Notes under the pieces: generated by a model
Told to the model about the DNA's origin: nothing
Seen by the model: only the letters and a program-made list of their open reading frames with translations
Database searches by the model: none
Shown: piece after piece, positions 18,630-28,058 of the stretch
How positions within the stretch are numbered: the first letter of the stretch is position 1
Layout: every line of letters begins with the position of its first letter
Program-made: the position numbers and the translations under genes
Origin: an uncultured Alphaproteobacteria bacterium
GTDB taxonomy: Bacteria > Pseudomonadota > Alphaproteobacteria > Acetobacterales > Acetobacteraceae
Direction: 5' to 3'
Length of the DNA: 64,000 nt
Assembly (NCBI GenBank): GCA_963780095.1
Contig: CAWABH010000053.1
Coordinates: 60,273 to 124,272, forward strand

Positions 18630-18848
18630 ATGCAGGTCGAAATCGAATACTGCGGGGCGTGAGGCTATGAGCCGCGCGCCCGTGCGGTGCGGGACATGAT
18701 GATCGGCAGGATGCCAACAGCCCAGGTTGCCCTGCGCAAGTCTGGTGGCGGCGTCTTCGAGATCACGGTGGACGGGAGGCTTGCCTATTCCAAGAAGGCG
18801 AGCGGCCGGTTCCCGACAGACGAGGAAGTGCTTGGTACTCTCGGCTGA
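18630..18848 (+). CDS. selW: SelW/Rdx-family selenoprotein; TGA 18660-18662 read as selenocysteine
   Basis: Read-through translation gives MQVEIEYCGA-U-GYEPRARAVRDMMIGRMPTAQVALRKSGGGVFEITVDGRLAYSKKASGRFPTDEEVLGTLG*. The CGAUGY redox motif and G.G.FE(I/V).V.G.L..SK...G.FP match SelW. RBS GGAG lies 8-9 nt upstream. The ORF track shows only a fragment ending at the TGA. Confidence 0.75.
18671..18688 (+). promoter_or_regulatory. candidate bacterial SECIS hairpin
   Basis: GCCGCGC-GCCC-GUGCGGU forms a 7-bp stem (two G-U pairs) with a 4-nt loop, starting 8 nt 3' of the UGA. The position is right for a bSECIS; loop identity was not evaluated. Confidence 0.4.
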
Positions 18849-18938
18849 TCAAGTGTCCCCCAAACGGCGCCGGTGCCTGCCGCGTGACGGCGGCAATTCA
18901 GCGAAGGTGGTCTCGCTGGCGACAGTCAGAGACAACGC

Positions 18939-20408
18939 GTGACATTCGATCCAAATTGGGTGCAGAGGCTCGCGGGCCGGCCGGAGTTGCTGCCTCCGGA
19001 CGACATGGCGCGTGCAGACGCTGCGTCGCCCTCGCTCGGCGTGCCTGGGCCGACGCTGATGGAGAATGCCGGCAGGGCGGTGGCGCGCGCCATTCGAGCA
19101 CGGTTTCCCTCGTGCCGGACCATTGTGCTGGCGGGCCCTGGCAACAACGGCGGCGACGGCTACGTCGCCGCGCGGCTACTTCAGCAGGAAGGATGGCCGG
19201 TCACCCTTGCGGCATTGGCACCCCCGCGTGCGGGCTCCGACGCGGCCGATGCCGCTTCTCGCTGGCACGGACCATCTGCGTCCTTCGCGCCGGCCGAGTC
19301 AGCGCGTGCGGAACTGGTGGTCGATGCCGTGTTCGGCGCCGGCCTCGCGCGCGATGTGGACGGCATCGCCGCCGACACGTTGCGTGCGGCCCGGCGTGTC
19401 GTGGCGGTCGATGTGCCGAGCGGGCTCGACGGCGCGACAGGCGCGGTGCGCGGATATGCGCCGGAGGCAGCGATGACGGTCTCATTCTTCCGGCTCAAGC
19501 CAGGACATCTTCTGCTGCCAGGCCGCGTGCTCTGCGGCGAGATCGCGCTCGCCGATATCGGGTTGCCTCGGGCCGTTCTGCAGCAGGTACGGGCAAGCAT
19601 TTTCGCCAATCTGCCGGAACTGTGGCGCGTGCCGACGCCCGAACCGGACTCGCACAAGTATTCGCGCGGTCATGTCACCGTGGCGGGCGGCGCGACCATG
19701 ACCGGGGCGGCAAGGCTGGCTGCGGATGCGGCACGGCGCGGCGGTGCCGGCCTGGTGACGATCGCCGCATTCGGCCGCGGCGATATCTATCGGTCGGGCT
19801 CGCCGGGCGTCCTGGTCAGCGATTCGTCATTGGCCGAACTGCTCGAGGACAAGCGGCGGCATGTGTGGGTGTGCGGACCTGGACTGGGGCCGGATGCGGC
19901 TCGCGCCACGTTGCCGTTGCTGCTGGCTGCCGGTCGCTGCGTCGTCGCAGATGCCGACGTGTTTTCTGCCTTCGCCGGCGATCCCGACGCATTGCGGGGC
20001 GCCGCCGTTCTCACGCCGCATGCCGGCGAATTCGCCCGCACCTTCGGGAGTATCGGCGAGGACCGGATCGCTGCCGCTCGCGCTGCGGCCGCACGCACCG
20101 GTGCGGTCGTGCTGCTGAAGGGGGCCGACACGATCATCGCCGCGCCCGACGGCAAGGTTGCGATCAACGCCTCTGCGCCACCGTGGCTCGCGACCGCTGG
20201 GTCAGGCGATGTGCTGTCCGGCCTGATCGGGGGCTTGCTTGCCCAGGGCATGGCTCTCTGGGACGCCGCGGCCGCGGGGGCCTTCCTGCATGGCCGCGCT
20301 GCCGTGCTCGCCGGGCCGGGACTTGTGGCGGAAGACCTGCTTCCCGCGCTCACACCTGCGCTGGCGGCGACAACATCTCAATCGCATCTGTCGCGCAGGT
20401 CGCTATGA
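18939..20408 (+). CDS. nnr: bifunctional NAD(P)H-hydrate epimerase / ADP-dependent dehydratase
   Basis: YjeF-N (LMENAGRAVA..GPGNNGGDGYVAA) and YjeF-C carbohydrate-kinase domains (HKYSRGHV..GSGDVLSG). GTG start. Confidence 0.85.
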   Translation: MTFDPNWVQRLAGRPELLPPDDMARADAASPSLGVPGPTLMENAGRAVARAIRARFPSCRTIVLAGPGNNGGDGYVAARLLQQEGWPVTLAALAPPRAGSDAADAASRWHGPSASFAPAESARAELVVDAVFGAGLARDVDGIAADTLRAARRVVAVDVPSGLDGATGAVRGYAPEAAMTVSFFRLKPGHLLLPGRVLCGEIALADIGLPRAVLQQVRASIFANLPELWRVPTPEPDSHKYSRGHVTVAGGATMTGAARLAADAARRGGAGLVTIAAFGRGDIYRSGSPGVLVSDSSLAELLEDKRRHVWVCGPGLGPDAARATLPLLLAAGRCVVADADVFSAFAGDPDALRGAAVLTPHAGEFARTFGSIGEDRIAAARAAAARTGAVVLLKGADTIIAAPDGKVAINASAPPWLATAGSGDVLSGLIGGLLAQGMALWDAAAAGAFLHGRAAVLAGPGLVAEDLLPALTPALAATTSQSHLSRRSL

Positions 20409-20436
20409 TCGTCGCCCAAAGCGAGGAAATGCCTGC

Positions 20437-21816
20437 ATGAGCGATATCGCCGTCCCCGGTCTGCTCGACCGGGCCATTCGCCGCATCACCACGGTCTGGC
20501 GTGACATGGCGGCTGGCGTGCAGGACGAGTCGATCACAGCCCAGATGCGCGCCTGTCTGGGCGGACGCGGCGGCGAAGTGAGCGCCCGCAATCGCGCCGC
20601 CAAGCTGGCTGAAACATATCAGGGTCTGGACGAAGCAGGACGCCGGGAATTCCTGCGCACCCTGGCCAGCTTCGATTCCGATCCTGATGCCGTGGCAACA
20701 GCCTACGGCGCGGTGCAGGCCGCGACCGACCCTGCCGAGCGCGCCACCGCAAAGGCCGCCCTGCGGCGCGCGCTGGAGCCGCCGCGTCTGCGGCTGCTGA
20801 CCCAGTTCACCACCATACCGGATGGGCGGAAATTTCTGGTCGACCTGCGCGGCTTCCTGCTGAAGATACGCCGGGACGACAAGCTGCTGGCGGCGTTGGA
20901 GGCTGACCTGCGCAGCCTGCTCGGCGCCTGGTTCGATATCGGTTTCCTCGAGTTGCAGCGGATCGACTGGAACAGCCCCGCCGCGCTGCTGGAGAAGCTG
21001 GTGGGCTACGAGGCGGTGCACGAAATCCGCTCCTGGCGCGATCTGAAGAACCGGCTGGATTCCGATCGACGGTGCTACGCCTTCTTCCACCCCCGCATGC
21101 CCGGCGAGCCGCTGATCTTCGTCGAGGTGGCGCTGGTGAAGGGGCTGGCCGGCAGCGTGCAGCGTCTGCTCGACGAGAAGGCGCCACTGCTCGATCCGCG
21201 CGAGGCGGATACCGCGATCTTCTATTCGATCAGCAACTGCCAGCAGGGACTGGCGGGGATCAGTTTCGGCAATCTCCTGATCAAGCGCGTGGTCGAGGAA
21301 CTGTCGCCCGAGTTCCGCAACCTGAAGACGTTCGCAACGCTGTCGCCGATCCCCGGCTTCCGTGCCTGGCTGGACGAGAAGCTCGCCTCGGACCAGCCAG
21401 GCCTGCTGTCGGACGAGGAGGCTGCCAGCCTCGCCTCGGCGATGCCGGCGCCGTCGGGCGATCAGGCGCTGGCGAAGATCCTGGCGAAGCGCGGCTGGTG
21501 GCGCGAGGTGGGGCTGCGCAAGACGGTGGAACCCGTGCTGGTGCGGCTCTGTGCGCGGTATCTGCTCGTCGAGTCCAATGGCGGCAAGCGGGCGCGCGAT
21601 CCGGTGGCGCATTTCCACCTGTCGAACGGTGCGCGGGTGGAACGGATCAACATACTGGGCGATACGTCGGAGAAGGGCGCCAAGGAAAGCGCCACGCTGA
21701 TGGTCAATTACCTGTATGATCCGGCGAAGATCGAGGACTGGCACGAGGACTACGCCGGCGAGGGCAAGCGCAACGCGTCCACCACCGTGCGCAAGCTGGC
21801 GCGGGGATGGAGTTGA
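20437..21816 (+). CDS. malonyl-CoA decarboxylase
   Basis: 459 aa. CYAFFHPRMPGEPLIFVEVAL, FYSISNCQQGL, ATLSPIPGF and DPVAHFHLSNGA are MCD-family hallmarks. ATG 20437. Confidence 0.85.
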   Translation: MSDIAVPGLLDRAIRRITTVWRDMAAGVQDESITAQMRACLGGRGGEVSARNRAAKLAETYQGLDEAGRREFLRTLASFDSDPDAVATAYGAVQAATDPAERATAKAALRRALEPPRLRLLTQFTTIPDGRKFLVDLRGFLLKIRRDDKLLAALEADLRSLLGAWFDIGFLELQRIDWNSPAALLEKLVGYEAVHEIRSWRDLKNRLDSDRRCYAFFHPRMPGEPLIFVEVALVKGLAGSVQRLLDEKAPLLDPREADTAIFYSISNCQQGLAGISFGNLLIKRVVEELSPEFRNLKTFATLSPIPGFRAWLDEKLASDQPGLLSDEEAASLASAMPAPSGDQALAKILAKRGWWREVGLRKTVEPVLVRLCARYLLVESNGGKRARDPVAHFHLSNGARVERINILGDTSEKGAKESATLMVNYLYDPAKIEDWHEDYAGEGKRNASTTVRKLARGWS

Positions 21817-21827
21817 AGGAGACGACC

Positions 21828-22430
21828 ATGTCCGAGGCAATCCTTACCCAGTTGCCGGTGACGATAGGCGAGTTCGACGCGTTCCTCGACGGGCAGCAGG
21901 ACGACAGGTCGTGGGAGTTGGTGGCCGGCCAGATTGTCGCGATGACGAACCCGACGGAGGTCCACGAGCAGATCGCCAGCAACATCGGCGCACCATTGAA
22001 ACTGGCAATGGACCCGAAAGGTTGCCGTGTCTACCAAGGCGGCATCGGGGTACAGCGGTCCGACAACGAGCGAGGCATCGATCGGCCGCGACCGGATGTC
22101 CTGGTGCGGTGCGGGCGTTTGGGTACGCGCAATTTCGTCACTGATCCGCTCGTCGTCGTGGAGGTGCTGTCACCTTCCACCATGGATGTGGACCGGGGGG
22201 ACAAACTGCGCTTCTACAAGGCGCTACCGACATTGCGGCACATCGTGTTGGTCTATCAGGATCAGATGCGGGTCGAGCATTACCGCAAGACTGATATCGG
22301 CTGGGAGTTGGAAAGCCTCACGCAACCTGAAGAATTCCTTCGGTTCGAAGCAGTGACATTCGAGATCGCGCTGGAGCACGTCTATTTCGGCGTTGAGCTG
22401 AACAATATTCGTCGTTTGTCGGCGCGATGA
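21828..22430 (+). CDS. Uma2-family (DUF820) endonuclease, copy 1
   Basis: ELVAGQIVAM..P...H..I...I and DVLV...DPLVVVEVLSPST...D...K...Y..LP.LRHIVLVYQD form a PD-(D/E)xK core of Uma2 type. Starts 12 nt after the malonyl-CoA decarboxylase stop. Confidence 0.75.
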   Translation: MSEAILTQLPVTIGEFDAFLDGQQDDRSWELVAGQIVAMTNPTEVHEQIASNIGAPLKLAMDPKGCRVYQGGIGVQRSDNERGIDRPRPDVLVRCGRLGTRNFVTDPLVVVEVLSPSTMDVDRGDKLRFYKALPTLRHIVLVYQDQMRVEHYRKTDIGWELESLTQPEEFLRFEAVTFEIALEHVYFGVELNNIRRLSAR

Positions 22431-22622
22431 GGACAAGCGCGGCGCGGCAATCACGGCGCGGCAGCTGGGCTGATTCCACGCGCTCGGGACCCGGCGCCAG
22501 CGTATTTCCGCGACGTCTGAAATCGTACCGAAATGATGGGTTCACCGAGCACTTTCGCCGAAATCGTCGCCCGTTGCTGCTTTCACGCCGGATCGCGATA
22601 AATCCGGTGCACAGCATCTCGA

Positions 22623-23036
22623 TCACACGGGAAGGAGCGCGAGTCGCTCCCATTTATTGCGGAACTGGTCTTGAATGTAAGCGCGTCGATCTAGCCAATA
22701 GGAAAGCTTGCCGTCTTTCTCATGACGAATGGCTTTCTCTCTGACCTCGTCTGCGAGCATGATAAATGCGACAGGCTCCTCCGAGCGAGCGCCGTTAATT
22801 ATAATCCAATACTGACCGATGATGTTGTCGAGCGTCCTTCCAAGCGGGACCCCCGGGTCCTTTGATAATGACTTGACCTGTATGCTCAAAAAACGCGAGG
22901 CATCCGGCGAATAAGCAATGATGTCGATGCCTCGCGCATTTCTGGTTGTCGGCATCACGTTCCAACCAAGGTGCGATAGACGATAACACGCATAAATCAG
23001 CCCAATGTTCCCGACTACCTGGTTGCCGTCGCTCAT
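22623..23036 (-). CDS. hypothetical PD-(D/E)xK-like nuclease-fold protein (DUF4365/Hjc-like pattern) in an AT-richer islet
   Basis: GNIGLIYACYRLSHLGWNV....ARGIDIIAY.......SIQVKS fits the helix-strand-D...(E/Q)xK arrangement. GC is visibly lower than in the flanks. ATG 23036. Confidence 0.5.
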   Translation of the reverse strand: MSDGNQVVGNIGLIYACYRLSHLGWNVMPTTRNARGIDIIAYSPDASRFLSIQVKSLSKDPGVPLGRTLDNIIGQYWIIINGARSEEPVAFIMLADEVREKAIRHEKDGKLSYWLDRRAYIQDQFRNKWERLALLPV

Positions 23037-23151
23037 GCCGCCCTGCTTCGCCCGAGGCAATGCGTGCAACACCATGACCATGACCTGCGATGGCTGATAC
23101 CAAGCGCCCTAAAGGTTGACTCTCCGGGCAGGTGCGGCGTCACCGCAAAAC

Positions 23152-23230
23152 CGTCATGGCCGGGCTTGACCCGGCCATCTTTGCGGCAGGAGTGCCGGTA
23201 CAGATGGCCGGGTCAAACCCGGCCATGACG
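23152..23230. repeat. REP-A palindromic element
   Basis: CGTCATGGCCGGGCTTGACCCGGCCATC ... GATGGCCGGGTCAAACCCGGCCATGACG. Confidence 0.85.
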
Positions 23231-23329
23231 TCTGTGTGGGCAGTGCCGTGCGTCAACATTTAGGACGCTTGGTATGACATGCCATGCCATGCCGTCTCTG
23301 TACCATTATCATCGACCAGCGGCATTGAG

Positions 23330-23495
23330 ATGGGCCAATGCCGAACGATGGGTTGGCCGATGCTGGCGCTGTACGGTGACCAAGTGCTGGCGGCGAGTTC
23401 TGGCGAAGCGCGGCTGGTGGCGCGATGAATATCCAGCTCAAACTCAACGTTCCGACAGAGAGCAGTACCCCACAACGCACGATCCTGTAGCTTGA
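23330..23495 (+). pseudogene. degenerate remnant related to the C-terminal part of malonyl-CoA decarboxylase
   Basis: 26-nt exact identity (23400-23425 = 21481-21506, CTGGCGAAGCGCGGCTGGTGGCGCGA, encoding LAKRGWWR), with weaker flanking similarity (YGDQVLA vs SGDQALA; HDPVA* vs RDPVAH). Confidence 0.35.
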
Positions 23496-23740
23496 TATGT
23501 CCGCGGCGCAAAAGATGGTGGACTCCTGGACCGCGCAAAGCCTGCGCGATTACGACGGAATATCTACGATGCCGTACCAATCCCGGCCTCTGACCGCGCC
23601 CATCGGGATTTCCTCGCCCGCACTTGTCACCTTCCGGGCTCCGGGCGATGCGGCGGTGCTTCAGAACCCAAGGGGGCTGCGCTAACCATCAGGGTTGCGC
23701 TAAGCTGCGACTGGGTTCGCCCCGGGAGATCAGAACGTCC

Positions 23741-26126
23741 ATGGATACGCCGCTCGCCACCCTCCCTTCGCTCGCGCCGGCCGACTCCCGCCAGGTGCAC
23801 ATCCTCAAGCAGGTGGAAAAAAAGCTGCTGTGGCTGTCGTCGTGGATGATCCACAACGCCAACCACATTCGGCCCAATCGCGACGGGCTGAAGGTGGGCG
23901 GGCATCAGGCGTCCTGCGCGTCGGTCATCTCCATCATGGCGGCGCTGTATTTCGAGATCGCCCGTCCGCAGGACCGCATCGCGGTGAAACCGCACGCCGG
24001 GCCGGTGTTCCATGCGATCAACTACCTGTTCGGCCGGCAGACGCTGGAGAAGATGCAGGGGCTGCGCCAGCTTGGCGGCGTGCAGTCCTATCCGTCGCGG
24101 GTCAAGGACGGACCGGAGGTGGATTTCTCCACCGGCTCGGTCGGGCTCGGCGTGGCGATGACCACGTTCGCCGCGCTGATGGCCGACTACGTGCGCCTGC
24201 ACGGGCTCGGCCGCACCGATCTGCCGCCCGGGCGCCACATCGCCATCGCCGGCGATGCGGAACTCGACGAGGGCAACATCTACGAGGCGCTGCTCGAGGG
24301 CTGGAAGCACGACGTCCGCAATCTTGTGGTGGATCATCGACTACAACCGCCAGAGCCTTGATTCTGTGGTTCCCGATCGGCTGTTCGGCCGCATCGAGGG
24401 CCTGTTCCGCGACATGGGCTGGAACGTCGTCACCATCAAATACGGCCGCAGGCTGGAGGCCGCCTTCGCGCGCGAGGGCGGCGAGGCGTTGCGCGCCTGG
24501 ATCGACGACTGCCCGAACTCGCTCTATTCCGCGCTGACCTTCCAGGGCGGCGCGTCCTGGCGTCAGGCGTTGCTGGCCGACCTGGGGCGGTCGAAGGCAC
24601 GCGCGATCATCGACACGCTGTCCGACGACGACCTCGGCGCGCTGATGACCAATCTCGGCGGCCACGACATCGAAACGGTGATCCAGACTCTGCGAGAAGC
24701 CGCGGCCGATGGCGATCAGCCGACATGTTTCATCGCCTACACGATCAAGGGCATGGGGCTGCCGTTCGCCGGCCACAAGGACAACCACGCCGGCCTGATG
24801 ACCAAGGAGCAGATGGAGCTGTTCCGAACCTCCATGGGCATCCGGCCCGGCCACGAATGGGACCTGTTCGAGGGGCTCGGCGTGGATGAGCAGGACCTGC
24901 GCGAGTTCCTGGATGCGTGCCCGTTCGCGACCCCGTTGACGCCGCAGGGCCGGGCGCTGTCCGCGCCGCTGGTCGCCGTTCCGGCCGCGCTGCCGACGCC
25001 GCAGCTTGCTGGTCGCAGGCTCTCCACCCAATCGGGGTTCGGCGACATCCTGGCCGAGATCGGCCGCGGACAGGGCGAGCTGAAGGCGCTGGCCGATCAT
25101 ATCGTCACCACCAGCCCGGACGTGACGGTGTCGACCAATCTCGGACCGTGGGTCAACCGGCGCGGCATCTTCGACCGGCACACGCGCAACGACGTGTTCC
25201 GCGATGCGAAGCTGGCGAGCGCGCAGCGCTGGGGCATGTCGCCCAAGGGCCAGCACATCGAGCTCGGCATCGCGGAGCAGAACCTGTTTCTGCTGCTCGG
25301 TGCCGCGGGGCTGACGCCGGCGATGACCGGCGCGCGGCTGCTGCCGGTCGGCACGGTGTATGATCCGTTCGTCAACCGCGGCCTCGATGCGCTGCTGTAC
25401 GGCTGCTATCAGGACGCGCGCTTCCTGCTGGTGTCCACGCCGTCCGGGCTGACGCTGGCACCGGAGGGCGGACAGCACCAGTCGGTCAACACGCCGCTGA
25501 TCGGCATGGCCGCCGACCGTTTGGCAAGCTTCGAGCCGGCGCATGTGGACGAGCTGGCAATCATGCTGCGTCACGCCTTCGACCACATGCAGCGCGCGGA
25601 TGGGTCATCGGTGTGGCTGCGCCTGTCGACCCGACAGCTCGAGCAGCCCACGCGTGCGCTGGACAAAGACGCGGTGATCGCTGGAGCCCATTGGGTGGTG
25701 CCGCCTGCGCCGGGGACGCGCATCGCGATCGGCTATCAGGGTCCTGTCGCGCCGGAGGCGGCCGCTGCCTTCGCCGAACTGCAGACCGAAGAGCCGGGGG
25801 CGGGGCTGCTCGCCATTACCAGTCCCGACCGGTTGCACGCCGGCTGGATTGGTGCGCTGCGCGGGCGCCGTGCTGGTACCAAGGGGGCCCTGTCGCATAT
25901 CGAGCAGGTTCTTGCCCCGCTCGCGCCTGATGCGGCGTTGGTCACCGTGCTGGACGGGCATCCGGCGACGCACGCCTGGCTGGGAAGCGTGCGCGGCCAG
26001 CGCGTGATCCCCCTCGGGCCGGACCATTTCGGCCAGAGCGGCGACATTCCCGACCTGTATCGCGAATATGGCATCGACGCGGATGCGATCCTGGATGCGT
26101 GCGCGCAGGCACTGCTGGCGGGTTAG
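23741..26126 (+). pseudogene. AceE-like thiamine-diphosphate E1 enzyme (homodimeric pyruvate dehydrogenase E1 / transketolase-like); +1 frameshift at 24326 as assembled
   Basis: Two ORFs (23741-24361 and from 24327) join to give ..GDAELDEGNIYEALLEGWKHDVRNL|WWIIDYNRQSLD.. (TPP-binding motif). An extra base lies in AATCTT-G-TGGTGG. The combined product is about 795 aa. Confidence 0.75.
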
Positions 26127-26194
26127 GGCGGCAAGCCGCTTGACGCTGCACCTGGGATCTATGCGATGGCGGGCCGTTTCCTGCCTCTCCGCCC

Positions 26195-27409
26195 TCAACC
26201 CGCACGCGGCTCGCGTTGCAGCAGCGCAATCACCGCCGCCCCCGCCAGAATGCCGCCCGACAACAGCAGCCCACCAGCCACGCCGTAGCTGCGATCCGAC
26301 ACCTCGCCTGTCAGCCAAGGGCCGATGCACTGGCCGATCGCGAACCCCGTGGTCAGCATGGCGATCGCCGCGGTCCAGGCATGCGGTGGTGCCGCCTTGC
26401 GGGCGAATGCCGTCACCGAGGTCGGCACGATCAGGAACGACCCGCCGAACAGCACAGCCGCGAAGAACACCGCCGCGTGCGTCGGCAGCAGCACCGGCAG
26501 GATCGCGCCAAGCGCCACCACGGCGTTGGCCGCCGCCACGCCGCGTCCGCCTGACAGCCGCGCCAGCAGCGGCCCCCACGCCAGACCGGCGAACGTCGCC
26601 GCCGCACCGGCACAGCCCCAGAACAGCGTGACCTCGGCAGCGCCGAAGCCCAGCCGCGAACGCAGATATGCCACGATGAAGGTGGTGAAGGCGATGTAGC
26701 CGGCGCCGAACAGCACGTAGCTTGCAAGCACCGCGCGCAGCCCGCGTGTCGCGAGCGAAGTGAAGGCAGGCGGGCGCCAGGTTCCCCGTGCCGCCATTGA
26801 GGGCGCGCGGGCCAGCGCCGGCAGCGCCGCCGCGGCACCCAACAGCCCGAGCGCACCCAGCGCGAACCAGCCGCTCCGCCAGCCGACCGAGGCCACCAGC
26901 GCCGGCACGGCGAACGCCGAGACCACCATGCCGAACCCCGCCCCACCGAAATAGACGCCGAGCGCCAGCGTCGGCCGTCCTCGGCCGCCGCCACCGCCGG
27001 CGGACGCAGCCAGAGCGCCGCCAGTGACCAATGCCAGCGCGCCCGCGGCCCCCGCCACCACGCGCAGCAGCGCAAGTGCCACGGTGTCGGTTGCGAGCCC
27101 AGTCGCCAGCAACGACGCCGCGGTCAGCAGCACGCCCGCCAGGAAGCAGCACTTGTCGCCGACGCGCGCGGCGATCGGGGCCGCCGCCAGCGCGCCGACC
27201 AGATACCCCACCGCGTTGGCGGTGTTCATCGCGCCCGCCACCGCGTAGCTCCATCCCAGATCGGCGCGCATCGCCGGCAGCAGCAGCGCGTAGGCAAAGC
27301 GCCCGAGACCCAGCCCAACGGCCGGCCCCATCGCAAGGCCGGCAACGATGCCCAGATGGGTCGTACCCTCGCCCGCCAGCGGGACAACAGCGGCGGCAGG
27401 TTCAGCCAT
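26195..27409 (-). CDS. YbfB/YjiJ-family MFS transporter
   Basis: GRFAYALLLPAMRADLGWSY..AGAMNTANAVGYLVGA is the family signature. About 12 TM helices. Confidence 0.8.
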   Translation of the reverse strand: MAEPAAAVVPLAGEGTTHLGIVAGLAMGPAVGLGLGRFAYALLLPAMRADLGWSYAVAGAMNTANAVGYLVGALAAAPIAARVGDKCCFLAGVLLTAASLLATGLATDTVALALLRVVAGAAGALALVTGGALAASAGGGGGRGRPTLALGVYFGGAGFGMVVSAFAVPALVASVGWRSGWFALGALGLLGAAAALPALARAPSMAARGTWRPPAFTSLATRGLRAVLASYVLFGAGYIAFTTFIVAYLRSRLGFGAAEVTLFWGCAGAAATFAGLAWGPLLARLSGGRGVAAANAVVALGAILPVLLPTHAAVFFAAVLFGGSFLIVPTSVTAFARKAAPPHAWTAAIAMLTTGFAIGQCIGPWLTGEVSDRSYGVAGGLLLSGGILAGAAVIALLQREPRAG

Positions 27410-27941
27410 GCGCCGCATCCCAAGGCACCAGATGAGGAATGTGGCTGTTGCAGTTGGTGTCCCAGGCCTCGACCCGCATGCGGATCACCCGTTCGACCCG
27501 CGCCTTGTAGTCCGGATCGCGCACGCGCTCCAGCAATTCGGGATCATCCTCGATTGCCTTGCCGCGTCCCCAGATCTTCAGCCGAGTGCGCTCGGCGTAG
27601 TCGAGCAGCAGCAGGAACATGCGGTCGTTGTCGGCCAGGTTGCCGACAGTGATGTATTGCCGGTTGCCGCTGTAGTCGGCGAACGCCAGTTCAGACGGCC
27701 CCAGCACCTTGACAAATCCCGGTGGCCCGCCGCGATGCTGCACGTGCGGCCAGCCATCAAGGCTGGCAGTGCCGATGATCACGCTGTTGGCGCGAGCGAT
27801 CCTGCGCTGCATCTCCTCCGACAGGCTGGCCCGGTCCGGTTCTCTGGCGGCGGCTCTCTCGTTGTGCTCGCGCGAGCCAAGGCGAAGCTGCGCGGCGCGC
27901 ACGGACGGCGAAAACGCCAGGGTGGTGAAGGCGCGGGCCAT
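27402..27941 (-). CDS. pyridoxamine 5'-phosphate oxidase-family FMN-binding protein
   Basis: IGTASLDGWPHVQHRGGPPGFVKVL...FADYSGNRQYITVGNL matches the split-barrel PNPOx-like family. Divergent from a LysR regulator gene. Confidence 0.75.
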   Translation of the reverse strand: MARAFTTLAFSPSVRAAQLRLGSREHNERAAAREPDRASLSEEMQRRIARANSVIIGTASLDGWPHVQHRGGPPGFVKVLGPSELAFADYSGNRQYITVGNLADNDRMFLLLLDYAERTRLKIWGRGKAIEDDPELLERVRDPDYKARVERVIRMRVEAWDTNCNSHIPHLVPWDAAHG

Positions 27942-28058
27942 GTTGCGGCGCTCCTGGCGCTGTGAGTGTCATGGACGGGTAGACCCTGAGATAGGCTGGA
28001 CATCGCCCACAGTGTAACGATAATTCCTCACACGACCGGTCAATCGGGCTCACATCAC

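Noticed and set aside
27942-28058. LysR-type T-N11-A operator in the divergent LysR / PNPOx-MFS promoter region.
   Set aside because: Several loose candidates exist (for example TGT-N14-ACA, and CTGTGAG...CCCACAG), but none fits the T-N11-A spacing convincingly.
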